A stretch of 64,000 nt of DNA from a virus, in the IMG/VR virus record IMGVR_UViG_3300009147_000001, positions 32,001-96,000 of that record, one strand, 5' to 3'. Shown here piece after piece: positions 30,876 through 41,148 of the stretch; the first letter of the stretch is position 1; each line of letters opens with the position of its first letter. A program made the translations under genes and the position numbers. The notes under the pieces are model-generated. The model saw only the letters and a program-made list of their open reading frames with translations. It had not been told where the DNA came from and made no database searches.

Positions 30876-31340
30876 CTAAACTGGTGCTGCTGGTGGCGAG
30901 AGATAAGTATGGGTTTTTCCCTCATACGTCATAATAACAGTGCGAAACATACCACCAGTGCTTACCGTTGTTTCCCCTCGCTCTACACTAGAAATAAATC
31001 CATGAATTATTATACCATTCAGCGTTGTATCCTTATGAATCAACTTTTCTAATTCGTAAGCTCGGTCATCCACCCTTTTCCGCTCTGTTGCTTCATCTCC
31101 CACTCTACTCCAGTGTAGTTGAATAGAAACCATGAGCCTATTTTCCGTACGTCCACCCGGTTGAGACACTCCAACAAGTGCCCGAACTTTCCCCTGTGGC
31201 GACACTACTGCCACGGCATTTGCAGGAATTAAGGTATGATTCCCATATAATACCATTTCCAATTCCAGATCGACCAGATTATTACTAATAATATCATAGA
31301 TAGCCTGAGCAATCGCTTCATCACGATCAGTATGAGTCAT
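30876..31340 (-). CDS. putative tail terminator
   Basis: Size and position; DTTLNG motif. Confidence 0.65.
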   Translation of the reverse strand: MTHTDRDEAIAQAIYDIISNNLVDLELEMVLYGNHTLIPANAVAVVSPQGKVRALVGVSQPGGRTENRLMVSIQLHWSRVGDEATERKRVDDRAYELEKLIHKDTTLNGIIIHGFISSVERGETTVSTGGMFRTVIMTYEGKTHTYLSPPAAPV

Positions 31341-32077
31341 ATATTATCACGACCCCAATGTTTATCCACTCGTTCTGACAACCAGGTAAAGAATATACTA
31401 TAGATTTCTACTTCTTCTTCCAATGTTAATTGAATAAATGGTCGAGGAGGAAGCTTACCAAAACCACGACCAGATTGAACACTACTAACATCAATTACCG
31501 GACCAGCGCGAACACCAGGAGGTAATTCACCAATACCAAACGGACCAGGTGTCGGCCTGTCAAATCTTCTAATATGGGTTTCCAGCCGTTGAGCCATACG
31601 AGTACCTGGCTCACGAGCACCAAATTGATGAAATCGTGCATATGGTATCTTTTGCGTGAAATAACTAACACGTAACTTCAACTCGCTGTTGCGGACATCC
31701 CAAATATTTTTTCTCGTAGCACCACGTTTTAATCGACCACTCTTATCCAAAATTGGTCCACGGGGATATCCTTCTATCAACCTATTATAGATAGTTTTCT
31801 TACTGAGCTTTTTCCATGGTGGACGACCTTGTGCGGCAAAATTTTTAATAATCGACGGAACTACAACAAAATTTAATGACCTAACTAATGGTTCCCTGAA
31901 TGTAAGGAACTCCATGCTAAGCTTATCAATCGACCGTGCAGTTACCGCAACTCCATGCTCAAAAGCATAGTTCGGATTTATTTCGATCATTGGCAACTCT
32001 AAACCGTAAGTAAGTGCCTCAGCAATAATAAACGGTGTTGGCTTAGGAAAACGTCGCCCTCGACCCATAATAGCCAT
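31337..32077 (-). CDS. Mu gpG-like virion morphogenesis or tail completion protein
   Basis: NFAAQGRP.WKKLS, ILDKSGRL, YARFHQFG and LPPRPF motifs. Confidence 0.8.
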   Translation of the reverse strand: MAIMGRGRRFPKPTPFIIAEALTYGLELPMIEINPNYAFEHGVAVTARSIDKLSMEFLTFREPLVRSLNFVVVPSIIKNFAAQGRPPWKKLSKKTIYNRLIEGYPRGPILDKSGRLKRGATRKNIWDVRNSELKLRVSYFTQKIPYARFHQFGAREPGTRMAQRLETHIRRFDRPTPGPFGIGELPPGVRAGPVIDVSSVQSGRGFGKLPPRPFIQLTLEEEVEIYSIFFTWLSERVDKHWGRDNI

Positions 32078-32079
32078 AA

Positions 32080-32529
32080 TTAAAATCGCTTACCCATGGA
32101 GAACTTAGCTGGTCCTAGCGATAGGTCTTCACTTGTTGGCTGCTCTGCTGACGACAGATCATTAGGATAAAATGCCGCTACTGCTCCTGACTCACTTTCC
32201 ATTCCTGGAATATCAATGGTCCCATCAAGAATACCAGTAATGAGCAATTCAGCATTTGCTCGAAGCATAGCAGCATAATCGTTACCACTCGTTTGGTCTT
32301 CACTATACTGGCGATCATAAAACCAGGCTACATAGGTTTTGGCAATAATTACCCGAACGAGGCGCGGAGTGGTTGCTGCATCAATCCAAGTGGATGTATC
32401 GTAAACACCGCCTATCCGAGCAAGAACTTCTTCTTCGATTTGCTGACAAAGATCAGTATCCAGCGTGGACAGGTCAAGTTTAGTACGTTCACCCCATCCC
32501 TGCGCCTCGCTCGCGGTAATTCGTGCCAT
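32080..32529 (-). CDS. head-to-tail adaptor (Mu gp36-like)
   Basis: Position after capsid gene; TPRLVRVI...LITGILDG pattern. Confidence 0.65.
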   Translation of the reverse strand: MARITASEAQGWGERTKLDLSTLDTDLCQQIEEEVLARIGGVYDTSTWIDAATTPRLVRVIIAKTYVAWFYDRQYSEDQTSGNDYAAMLRANAELLITGILDGTIDIPGMESESGAVAAFYPNDLSSAEQPTSEDLSLGPAKFSMGKRF

Positions 32530-32537
32530 GGTAAACC

Positions 32538-32822
32538 TTATTCCTTCGGCGGTTCAGTTGATGCTTCCACCGGCTCTACTGGCTTTTCTGTTGCGTCTCC
32601 GGCACTAAGGTCCTCGTCTTTAGTTGCATCAATAATATCATCCTTAGCCGGAACTTCCGCAGTTGGTTCTTCATCCACAACACGAACCTCAACCGCGCCA
32701 CTTTCATGAAGCTGGACCAACTGTTCCCGTGTGAATTTTTCAGTATCAATTTCATCACCAGCAGCAAAAAACGTGTCCGAGTTTAGCTTAACATTAGTAA
32801 CCGCAAAGATCTTTTTAGGCAT
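32538..32822 (-). CDS. small acidic capsid-adjacent protein
   Basis: AAGGAGG RBS before MPKKIF. Confidence 0.7.
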   Translation of the reverse strand: MPKKIFAVTNVKLNSDTFFAAGDEIDTEKFTREQLVQLHESGAVEVRVVDEEPTAEVPAKDDIIDATKDEDLSAGDATEKPVEPVEASTEPPKE

Positions 32823-32838
32823 AACGATATCCTCCTTA

Positions 32839-33819
32839 TTATGCAATTGCAGCTTTAATGAGGTATCCGGCGATTGCCTTACCAGCATCAGAGCTACCAG
32901 CATCGCCCTGAGCAACTAGCTTTAGGTCATAGCGACGGGCAGCTCGAATCAAATCAGACTTACGTGGTTCCTCTCGCCACCGATCCACATACTGGGTACC
33001 CCAGGTAAATTCGTAGCCAAAGGCTGGAATCTTCAAACCTGGTCGAGGTGGTACCCACGCCATAACGACGTCCTTACCCCACAGGTAACCAAGCGATGGG
33101 CTCTGGCCTAGGTTGGCGGAGTTAATACCCACACCCGGCACGACAGTCGTGCTAAAGCCCAATACCGCAGAAAGCAACTCAGGAGAGAAGATTGCTCGCT
33201 CCGAGTACTTCACCCGCTCCAGGAAGTCTGGGTGGTCTTCCAATGCTGCCATTACCTGATAAGGAACAACCAGAGTATTTGGCTCCATGAAGATACGAGC
33301 GTGTACGGCCGACTTACCTGTACGCAGGTCGGAAATCGGGTCTGATGTCGCATAGTTAGCTGAGTTCCACTGCGCACCACCAGAAAGTGTAGTACTCAAA
33401 CCGGAAGCGTAGTTACCTGTGGTGGTAACCAGGTTCTTAATAGCTACCTCTCGACCAAGCATGATTTTCGAAGTAACCATCTCAGTAGCATCGCGATCCG
33501 GTGCAAGTGGGGAATCAACATTCTCCCGCTCCTCATCGGTAACCGCAATCTGAAGTGAGTGCTCCCGAGCGTAGTAGGTATCCGTCGAGACAGACAGACC
33601 AGTAACCTCGTTTGCCACTGAACCAGGTGCCCGGTCATCAATTTCGGGCAACCAGCCTTCCCGGCCAAAAATGTAATACTTGTCCGACTGCTTCATTACT
33701 CGAACGCTAGGAAAAAGCCGTTCGCCAACGAGTCCATTGTTCGGCCACGCCACGCTGATTTGTGTGAGAACCTGATCGATATGAACGTTACCAGAACCGG
33801 TCGGATTGTAAACTGCCAT
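32839..33819 (-). CDS. major capsid protein
   Basis: HIDQVLTQIS, RAPG, SDPISD, PNTLV and PAFGYEF motifs; GGAGG RBS; position after protease and decoration genes. Confidence 0.88.
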   Translation of the reverse strand: MAVYNPTGSGNVHIDQVLTQISVAWPNNGLVGERLFPSVRVMKQSDKYYIFGREGWLPEIDDRAPGSVANEVTGLSVSTDTYYAREHSLQIAVTDEERENVDSPLAPDRDATEMVTSKIMLGREVAIKNLVTTTGNYASGLSTTLSGGAQWNSANYATSDPISDLRTGKSAVHARIFMEPNTLVVPYQVMAALEDHPDFLERVKYSERAIFSPELLSAVLGFSTTVVPGVGINSANLGQSPSLGYLWGKDVVMAWVPPRPGLKIPAFGYEFTWGTQYVDRWREEPRKSDLIRAARRYDLKLVAQGDAGSSDAGKAIAGYLIKAAIA

Positions 33820-33843
33820 GGGTTATATTCACCTCCCTCAGAA

Positions 33844-34290
33844 TTAGGCGCCGAACTGGACAGCAGGAGTCAGATATACGTCAATAAGGTCGTTGGCTGC
33901 AACAGTACCACCAGGAACTGACATGCCCACCACAAAACCAGTTAGTTGTGCAGTTGCACCAGTAGCCAGAATCACACCGCCACCAGTACTCGCCATCACC
34001 CGAGAACCCAAAACAATGCTGGTACCAGTGGTAACAAGTACTTTACTAATACCACCAATACGCACGTTGGCAATAGCTTTGCCTGTGGCTACCTTGGTTG
34101 CATCGATGTTTTCCTGGACAATACCAAGAACCAGGTTTCCAGCTGTGTTAACAGCTTGAATGTCAATGTATCCGATACTGGAGCTAACAGAATACTTTAC
34201 ACACCGAAAAGCTAAAACACCCGCTGCTGCCGATGAGTTATACGTTGGTAGTACTGGATAGCCCTTGTCTAACCCAATAAAATTAGCCAT
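33844..34290 (-). CDS. capsid decoration or cement protein (DUF2190-like)
   Basis: LGIVQE...GISKV...DLIDVYL pattern; between protease and capsid genes. Confidence 0.7.
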   Translation of the reverse strand: MANFIGLDKGYPVLPTYNSSAAAGVLAFRCVKYSVSSSIGYIDIQAVNTAGNLVLGIVQENIDATKVATGKAIANVRIGGISKVLVTTGTSIVLGSRVMASTGGGVILATGATAQLTGFVVGMSVPGGTVAANDLIDVYLTPAVQFGA

Positions 34291-35404
34291 TCGTGTTCAC
34301 CAACTCCCGGCGGTAGTTGTTGTACAGTGCCGGGTTATCCCGCGTGACTGCCTCGACAGCATCGGCATAGTTGGCATTGTTTGCCTTCTGGTAAAGGGAA
34401 ACTGCCTCACTGAACTGCTGAAGCGCACTCTTTGGATTACCATAATTAACGGTGGCACCAGCTCGCTCACCAAGTTCAACCAGGAACGACGAAGACTTCT
34501 TCATGTCATTGAGCAACGCCCAAAAGTCCTCGGAAAGTTCAGTGGGCATCTTCTTGAGTAGTGCAAAGACTCGCTCCCGAGCAACCGGAGTAAGAACAAT
34601 TTTAGTTCGGTCAAACTCCGCCAGGCGACGCTCAATTTCCTCTTCCTTGAGTCGACGCTGAGTCTGCTCCAAGTCAAGATTTTGCGTCTGCACGTGGGCC
34701 AGCAACGTACGGACCATTGGGTTTTCTTCAGCGAGCGCCTTTAGTTCAGGAATATCTTCAAGGTTCATTGGCTGAGGATTAGGCGGTGTTTGTGTCTTTG
34801 TTTCAGAAAGCTTGGTAGCAACTCCGTCAACAATTTTCTTCAGATCGTCATCGGACAATGGCATGTTGGAACCTCCCTTCAGGGAATCGATGTCCTTACC
34901 GGTAACAGCCGCGACCAGCTCGAAGGCATTAACGGTAGTTAATTCGGATAAGTTAATTGGCACAAGATTCTTCATGAAGGGACGGTTGGTCAACGCGCCA
35001 CCAAAGAATACATCTTTGTGCTTAGTTCCAGCTGAATCTTCCCACTCGTCAAAAAATTCAGTTGAAAAGTAACGAAACGCCTTGTCCTTAATTTTGCGAA
35101 CTGCATCAGTGGTCCACTCGACCAACACCCACAGGCCATCGGAGCGCGCTTGTGCGTCCTTGACCCAACCAGCCGCTTCACCATCGCCCTCGTGCATATA
35201 GTTTATGCTTGGGTCAATGCCACGGACCTTATTTTTGACACTCTCGACAAAGCCTTTTACTCGATCACTGGTGATGTCAATTGTGCCAAAGAGTGGATGC
35301 TTAAACGCGCCATGTGTGAGTGCATGTACCCACGTTGAAGTTGGCTGATCTTCGGAAAAGGTCAGACCACCAATATCAACGAGATACGAAGCTTTTACTG
35401 TCAT
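34283..35404 (-). CDS. Mu gpI-like prohead protease with C-terminal scaffold
   Basis: INYMH, AAGWV, VEWT, FRYFSTEF and ALTNRPF motifs. Confidence 0.9.
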   Translation of the reverse strand: MTVKASYLVDIGGLTFSEDQPTSTWVHALTHGAFKHPLFGTIDITSDRVKGFVESVKNKVRGIDPSINYMHEGDGEAAGWVKDAQARSDGLWVLVEWTTDAVRKIKDKAFRYFSTEFFDEWEDSAGTKHKDVFFGGALTNRPFMKNLVPINLSELTTVNAFELVAAVTGKDIDSLKGGSNMPLSDDDLKKIVDGVATKLSETKTQTPPNPQPMNLEDIPELKALAEENPMVRTLLAHVQTQNLDLEQTQRRLKEEEIERRLAEFDRTKIVLTPVARERVFALLKKMPTELSEDFWALLNDMKKSSSFLVELGERAGATVNYGNPKSALQQFSEAVSLYQKANNANYADAVEAVTRDNPALYNNYRRELVNTNG

Positions 35405-35431
35405 AAGTAATCCGACCTCTTCCTATTTCCC

Positions 35432-35698
35432 CTATCCTTCGGCTCCACGAACCCTTTTTAACCGGGGATTTTTACGACGGGCCGCAGGACCGGCCCGTCG
35501 GGTGGATGCGGCTAGAATGGCGGCAGCCCTATCATAGGGTATGCCTTGTTTCTTTGCAATTCTTGTGGCATTACGTTTAAAACCCCTGGTCGTTCGATCA
35601 GATAGCATAGTGGCAGTTTCTTGACGCTTTGTGGTAATAGATGGTTTAGCACTTTCTAGTCGTCGCTGACGGATCGACATCGGTGGATCAGGTCGCAT
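35432..35698 (-). CDS. small, highly basic protein
   Basis: GFK...IAKKQGI...AAAILAASTRRA...KNPRLKRV. Confidence 0.65.
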   Translation of the reverse strand: MRPDPPMSIRQRRLESAKPSITTKRQETATMLSDRTTRGFKRNATRIAKKQGIPYDRAAAILAASTRRAGPAARRKNPRLKRVRGAEG

Positions 35699-35715
35699 GG
35701 CTATCCACCCCTTTC

Positions 35716-35964
35716 CTATTCCACTACCAGCTCTGGCCAGTGCCAGGTACCGCCGCTATTCGTTTCGTTATAGTAGACATCGTGATTGAAGAATATACCA
35801 GTGGGGTTAAGCACACAAAGATCCACATATGGCACCCCATGTGCAGGTACAACCAAGCTTTCTGATACGGAAGTAATAATGGCAGCCCGACACTCTGAGG
35901 TGTACTCACCCCCTGGCGTGCCGTAGCTGACATAGTGAACAATCCTACCTACTGTTGGTTTCAT
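35716..35964 (-). CDS. conserved actinophage-type small protein
   Basis: KPTVGRIVHYVSYGTPGGEY...RAAIIT...GTWHWP. Confidence 0.75.
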   Translation of the reverse strand: MKPTVGRIVHYVSYGTPGGEYTSECRAAIITSVSESLVVPAHGVPYVDLCVLNPTGIFFNHDVYYNETNSGGTWHWPELVVE

Positions 35965-36131
35965 TCGGAGTCTTCATCCATTCTAATAATAGACAACGTC
36001 ACGGTTAATTCTTCAAGGGCTAAGCCGATAATCGCTCTGGACAACACTTCAACCGTCTTAACCGCCATAGCATCATCTTTACCACAATTAACCGAAACTG
36101 ACACTAATATCTCTTTGTGTTGATCAGTCAT
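35961..36131 (-). CDS. hypothetical protein (56 aa, not in ORF track)
   Basis: Manual translation MTDQHKEILV...; ATGA-coupled at both ends, AGGAG RBS. Confidence 0.6.
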   Translation of the reverse strand: MTDQHKEILVSVSVNCGKDDAMAVKTVEVLSRAIIGLALEELTVTLSIIRMDEDSE

Positions 36132-36373
36132 TCAGGTCTAGCTCCTACTGATATTGACGAAATCTGTCCGTGCACGCAGGCTTCCCACCGGTGATATCCA
36201 CCCTCTGGATTATCAGATAATGTAAATACCGGGCGGATCTCTATGCTAGCCCACTCTTTGCCCGCAAAATCTCGGTCATAGGTCTGCACACACCACGCCA
36301 GGGCTTCGTCCAAACTAGTAAACCCACCACGCGCCACCGAGAGATTACGCTCCTCAGTAAAATCGCTTATCAT
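36128..36373 (-). CDS. hypothetical protein
   Basis: ATGA-coupled to the portal stop. Confidence 0.6.
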   Translation of the reverse strand: MISDFTEERNLSVARGGFTSLDEALAWCVQTYDRDFAGKEWASIEIRPVFTLSDNPEGGYHRWEACVHGQISSISVGARPE

Positions 36374-38937
36374 CGTGTCCCACTCGTTCCTGATTTGTCC
36401 ACACCGGTAGTTTGATTGCCCACCGATGGTACGGCAGGATTAGACTGCCGGGGCGGGCCGACCCGGGCCGGTTTTGGTGGCGCTACATCAGAACCGGTAG
36501 CCGTGCGCGCACCTTCATCAGATGTCATGGGCTGAGCCGCCTGCGGGCTCGCCGTGGTGAAGCGGCGAGTTTCATGCTCGGCGGGTGGCAGGTCCATTTC
36601 ACGACGGAGGAAATCTTCTAGCCGCTCATCCGGAATAATCGAGTTAGCGCCAACAAAGTTACGGTAGGCAAACGACATAGTCCGCAGGTCTTCCCATTCA
36701 CCTATCCGCCGAGCCCGCAACTTCGGATATTTGCCTCGGGCAAAGTTAAAATCTACCAACTGCTTTATCACATATTTGTTGAAGGTATCAGCCACAGTGT
36801 TGGCAATATATCGAGTAGACTTGAAGAACATGCTCATTGAATCTTCTTTAGCATTCGGATCATTGGCAAACGGGGCGAGGATGTTTTCATAAATCTTCAT
36901 GTCATGGTGAGCAATAGACGTCAAACAGTCTACCGGCTGACCTTCAAGTTTGGCGAATTCAATAGTCCAACTCTCCGGGGCCACGATATGGGCACGTTCG
37001 TTGGTACGCAAATTTCGCCCTAAATCTTCAGCAATCGCCCGGTCGGCCTTGCTGAAACCCATGGGCAGCTTAATGATCGGTACACCAATACCGTGTCGTT
37101 CCTTTTGAATTGAATCTATCTTGTAAAATGTGTTTCCAGTAAAATATACCTTACCGTTTCTACGAGCTAGCCACGTTCCGTTCTTCGTTTTTGGACACCA
37201 GACTATTCCAGTGTAAGTAGTGCGTTCTATCTTTGATCCATATCGCGATGCTGACTGTAGTGGTTTAGCACCGACACGTTCGCGAGAAATAAGCAATTGA
37301 TGAACTATCGCATGTTGATAATCTGGATCTTGATGGTTCCAAGATTTATAATTTACTCCCCAACCGAGTAACATGCAAGCTAATGCAATCGGTTCAAGTC
37401 TTGGCTTATCATTCTGTCGTATCTCACTATTTGTACATCCATCGCCTCTCAAACAGGTAGTAACAAATAGTTCTAGTTGAGCCTTAGTCAAGGATAAGAT
37501 AAAATTTGTAGTAACTACTTTATTCTTTCCTTTTACAAAATTACTCAATAATTTTGTTGCATTTGCATTTAAACGAAACTGGCATCCGTTTGGATCATGT
37601 TTTTTAGTATGTTCGTACCATCCTGCTGGCAACCTGCCGTGACCAACATTTGTCCGATCCGGCGCATATGCAGGACCAAATACACCAGTCAAACATGTCC
37701 TAATTCTGTCAAAGAATGGTTGGTCATAGTTTTGTGCAATTGCAGAACCATATCCTTGCCAACCACCTTCTGTTATAAACCATCCTATTAGTTCTACCAA
37801 ATCATCAGTATATTTTGGTTCAGTTGGTATATCAGCATTGACCGCGGCACGTGGAATAATATGACGCTGACGCAAATTTTCTGTTGTGACAAACGTGTAT
37901 GGAGCCTTCCAGGTTGTATCTTTTGTTAGCCAACGATGATCTGGCGTGGAAATTGAAGAGATTTGTTGAGATTCCATGTGTATTACATCGTGTGTACCAG
38001 GATAACGTCTAATATATTGAACTTCATTCCACTCAGACATACCAGTCTCTGGATTGATTGTTAATACCATATCTCCTTGAATTAGCTGGTTGTGAAATAG
38101 CCACCCACGCTGGGTTAATATTTCTGTATCTTCGGACTTGCAGTCTTTATAAAAGTAGTGCTTGTAGGCCGATCGGAGCAGTGAAATACCTCGTAAGTCA
38201 CCCGCTTCTTGTTCAAGCACGAACACTACGAGTTTGGCAATGGGAATTTCTAGTTGAATCCAACCGGTTGCTTCAGTAGGCTCCATAATCAGAGTTTCTG
38301 GTCCACCATTTGCATCGTAAATCCACTCACGAATGTCCAATGGGTGACGTGGGGCAAGCTTCTTTATAACAATACGCCCATCGCTATCCTGCCCATAAAC
38401 CTTTTCCATTGGAAGATAACCATACTCACACATGAGCAGGGCGTCTTCGACGATCCGACTCCAAGGCACGTTTAGATTATTGAAAAGATTGTCTTCCACA
38501 AAAGTGGCAATATTGTGGTCTAAGACCGAGTCAGAGGCTGGCTCCATAAACCAGCGCGCCGCCATCACTGGCGTTTTGACATAACGCAAGGCCCCGCGAA
38601 CCGTACCATCGGCCCGTTTCATTTCGTAGTAGGTGCGAATACCTTGCTTATCCCGCAGTTCCGGAATTTGTTCTTCTCTAGTCCAGGCAGTCCACGGAGA
38701 CAAACTGGTATAGCCCATCTCTTTAAATGCCGTTGCCGTAGACATCTTGGGGTCGCGCTCGGCCATAATGATATATGAACCGTTGGCAGGATCGTGATTG
38801 GCCCCAACGAGTTCGTATTTGTCATCGAGGAGTACTTCGCGCAAATTGCGGGTACGCTCAGTCTGCACATCTTCGATGGCGCGGATGGCATCATCCTCGA
38901 TGGTCACTGACTCCCCCTCATGACGAGTTGCCGCCAT
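36370..38937 (-). CDS. portal protein (DUF935/Mu gp29-like) with intein
   Basis: GISLLRSAYKHY...ERHGIGVP and LVDFNF motifs. Confidence 0.9.
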   Translation of the reverse strand: MAATRHEGESVTIEDDAIRAIEDVQTERTRNLREVLLDDKYELVGANHDPANGSYIIMAERDPKMSTATAFKEMGYTSLSPWTAWTREEQIPELRDKQGIRTYYEMKRADGTVRGALRYVKTPVMAARWFMEPASDSVLDHNIATFVEDNLFNNLNVPWSRIVEDALLMCEYGYLPMEKVYGQDSDGRIVIKKLAPRHPLDIREWIYDANGGPETLIMEPTEATGWIQLEIPIAKLVVFVLEQEAGDLRGISLLRSAYKHYFYKDCKSEDTEILTQRGWLFHNQLIQGDMVLTINPETGMSEWNEVQYIRRYPGTHDVIHMESQQISSISTPDHRWLTKDTTWKAPYTFVTTENLRQRHIIPRAAVNADIPTEPKYTDDLVELIGWFITEGGWQGYGSAIAQNYDQPFFDRIRTCLTGVFGPAYAPDRTNVGHGRLPAGWYEHTKKHDPNGCQFRLNANATKLLSNFVKGKNKVVTTNFILSLTKAQLELFVTTCLRGDGCTNSEIRQNDKPRLEPIALACMLLGWGVNYKSWNHQDPDYQHAIVHQLLISRERVGAKPLQSASRYGSKIERTTYTGIVWCPKTKNGTWLARRNGKVYFTGNTFYKIDSIQKERHGIGVPIIKLPMGFSKADRAIAEDLGRNLRTNERAHIVAPESWTIEFAKLEGQPVDCLTSIAHHDMKIYENILAPFANDPNAKEDSMSMFFKSTRYIANTVADTFNKYVIKQLVDFNFARGKYPKLRARRIGEWEDLRTMSFAYRNFVGANSIIPDERLEDFLRREMDLPPAEHETRRFTTASPQAAQPMTSDEGARTATGSDVAPPKPARVGPPRQSNPAVPSVGNQTTGVDKSGTSGTR
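37132..38142 (-). mobile_element. Intein (337 aa, class 1, LAGLIDADG-type) in portal
   Basis: YFYKD/CKSEDTEILTQRGW...STPDHRW...LIGWFITEG...LRGDG...VWCPKT...YFTGN/TFY. Confidence 0.92.
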
Positions 38938-39163
38938 CCCTGAATTGGTATTCTTGACTTAACTTCATCTCCCATAGTTTTAGCAGTCCGTAGGCATTTT
39001 TCCACCTGAGATCACCATCGCGGTAATAGCAAGCAAACCCAGAACTGTCTATGTCATCAGCTGGAATGTAATCGACGAGAACCACCCAATCGCAGATAAT
39101 TCCTTCAATACCACGAGCTACGAAAAACTCTTGTAGAGCCTTCTCTAACTCCACGGTATTCAT
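38918..39163 (-). CDS. hypothetical protein
   Basis: Operonic; DWVVL...GLL pattern. Confidence 0.6.
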   Translation of the reverse strand: MNTVELEKALQEFFVARGIEGIICDWVVLVDYIPADDIDSSGFACYYRDGDLRWKNAYGLLKLWEMKLSQEYQFRDGGNSS

Positions 39164-39300
39164 GTCTTCTTTTTCTTTCTTGATTTACCCGCCTTGGTTA
39201 GCGCAATGGCTACCGCCTGCTCCTGTGGATATCCTTCCTTTTTAAGCATCCGGATGTTTTGTGACACGACCTTGGGCGTCTTTCCCGATGAAAGCGGCAT
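39160..39300 (-). CDS. small basic phage protein (46 aa, not in ORF track)
   Basis: Manual translation [46 protein letters not shown]; recognisable QAVAIAL phage module; ATGA coupling. Confidence 0.75.
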   Translation of the reverse strand: MPLSSGKTPKVVSQNIRMLKKEGYPQEQAVAIALTKAGKSRKKKKT

Positions 39301-39420
39301 TACCATCACACTCCCGACATATAAGAATCATCCACTCGATTCTGCCTTTGTCGACAATCAGTCGTAGTTTTCGAGGATTATTGCACAAGGAGCATCGTCG
39401 CATGTCGATAGGTATACTTA

Positions 39421-39807
39421 TCATTGTCCCGGGCCCCATTCCGGATGCGTAGATAAAAACGCAATAATATCCTCGTTTAAGTTCCTATTTTGGTCTATTG
39501 TCCGAACATTGGCCAAATATCGAGTAAATGAACGTTTTTCTTCCGGTTCTGGATTGGTATTTTTCAATGTAGTTACCAGCAATGGCCAATCAACATTCTG
39601 ACAATAGGTCTTCAACCAGCCACTCACAAATTCTTTACATTCTTTACCACCAAGTTCTCGTAGCTCTGGCGCGTACACACCAACTAGGCGCAGTTCTTCT
39701 TCCCGTCGACTGTGAAATCCTTGGTCCAATAAAACTGTCATGGTGTCGCCATCAATGACTCTAAGTTGGTATGCGCGATATTCCCACAATTGAACACACA
39801 TCCTCAT
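39421..39807 (-). CDS. thermonuclease (SNase-like)
   Basis: RVIDGDT, RLVGVYAPE and FTRYLA motifs. Confidence 0.85.
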   Translation of the reverse strand: MRMCVQLWEYRAYQLRVIDGDTMTVLLDQGFHSRREEELRLVGVYAPELRELGGKECKEFVSGWLKTYCQNVDWPLLVTTLKNTNPEPEEKRSFTRYLANVRTIDQNRNLNEDIIAFLSTHPEWGPGQ

Positions 39808-39949
39808 CTTGCCGCAAGTCTGATAATGCCTCGATAACTATCATGCTAGTTAATTCTCGGTGTGCCAATATTCGCGCAATACTGATAATTGCATCAATTA
39901 ATCCAACCGTAATACCATCCTCATGCCGACAATCTGTTACTATGTCCAT
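39761..39949 (-). CDS. hypothetical protein
   Basis: Start overlaps the TerL stop (TGATG). Confidence 0.5.
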   Translation of the reverse strand: MDIVTDCRHEDGITVGLIDAIISIARILAHRELTSMIVIEALSDLRQDEDVCSIVGISRIPT

Positions 39950-41148
39950 CAGAAGTGCACATTCGTGGTAAAGTAACCCTTGTCAGTCAATGAAGTACCT
40001 AGCTCACCCGGGGTGTAAATGTCGGCCAAGCTCATAGTGCAGCCTAGCTTGAAAATATGCATTAACCCATACCGTAACGCGTCAATGGCATGATCTTCAT
40101 ATTTAATCGCGTCTTCCCGTGGGTTACGCGGTGTGCGACCAGACGGCGAATGGGCTCGATAGTTATTCATTTCGTGAATAAGCGCGCGACATGAGTGGTC
40201 AACATATAACCACGGTTCCTCCAGCGGAGTACCATACTCGTCGACCTCACCCACTTGCTGAGTGCGCAAAAATGTCTTCACCAAATCAATGCCCTCACGC
40301 CAGTTGGCTTTACTCTCTGGTCTAGCCACACATGGTGAAAATTTCTGCGATACAGTTGCTACCGCTTCTGGATCAGCAGCATCGCCAAAACACAGGTCTA
40401 TTCGATAACCCTCTGGTTGGTCACGCGTGCGCAGTTCACCGAGAAAGTCATCGAGGCGCACCCCGGCTTTATAGTGTTCTCGCCAGACATGCACTCGATC
40501 CATCGGGTCAACCTGAAACTCCACGGCGGCCATGGGATTAACATAGCCCCAGTCAAAACAAATGAAGTTCTTCCATGCCGGGTTATAGGTAATCTGTTTG
40601 ACGTGAGTCTGTTCATCCCACTCGCTGAAAATCTTTCCCATAAACGAGGTAAAGTCAGCAGCAATTTCCTGTTGAAACCACTCAAAGGGGAGTGTACGCT
40701 CTAGAAGGATAATCTCAGGATCATTACGACCACCTGGATAAACGACCGGATTCTCCCAGGATGGAAATCGCCACGACTCAAAGTCACTAAATGCTGGGTT
40801 TCGCCCGTATTGCCATAAATCGTGTAACCAGTTTTGTCCCTCTGGTGTAGAAGAAAACGTCGCCTGACCACGCTTGTCTGCTAAGGCCGGCTGAATGTAT
40901 CGACTCCACGTTTCACGATTGTGCTTCGCTGCCTCGGACATTATCACATAGTCAAGTTTTTCCCCAACCAGATTGTCCGGGCGATCAGCGCTACGCACCT
41001 CAATAATAGTATTCCATGGAAACTGGATGAACATGTCACCAACACGTTTGTTGTAACTTTTCTTTACTTTCTTTTCTTGCCCTAACCGCAGACCAACTAT
41101 CATATCCTGCCAAATAACTCTGAATTCCTTCTCACCAAGGTCAATCAT
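39949..41148 (-). CDS. terL: terminase large subunit, C-terminal part (Walker B, motif III, nuclease)
   Basis: VIMSEAA, SSTPEG, FDWGY and DHAIDALRY motifs; out of frame with the N-terminal part. Confidence 0.9.
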   Translation of the reverse strand: MIDLGEKEFRVIWQDMIVGLRLGQEKKVKKSYNKRVGDMFIQFPWNTIIEVRSADRPDNLVGEKLDYVIMSEAAKHNRETWSRYIQPALADKRGQATFSSTPEGQNWLHDLWQYGRNPAFSDFESWRFPSWENPVVYPGGRNDPEIILLERTLPFEWFQQEIAADFTSFMGKIFSEWDEQTHVKQITYNPAWKNFICFDWGYVNPMAAVEFQVDPMDRVHVWREHYKAGVRLDDFLGELRTRDQPEGYRIDLCFGDAADPEAVATVSQKFSPCVARPESKANWREGIDLVKTFLRTQQVGEVDEYGTPLEEPWLYVDHSCRALIHEMNNYRAHSPSGRTPRNPREDAIKYEDHAIDALRYGLMHIFKLGCTMSLADIYTPGELGTSLTDKGYFTTNVHF

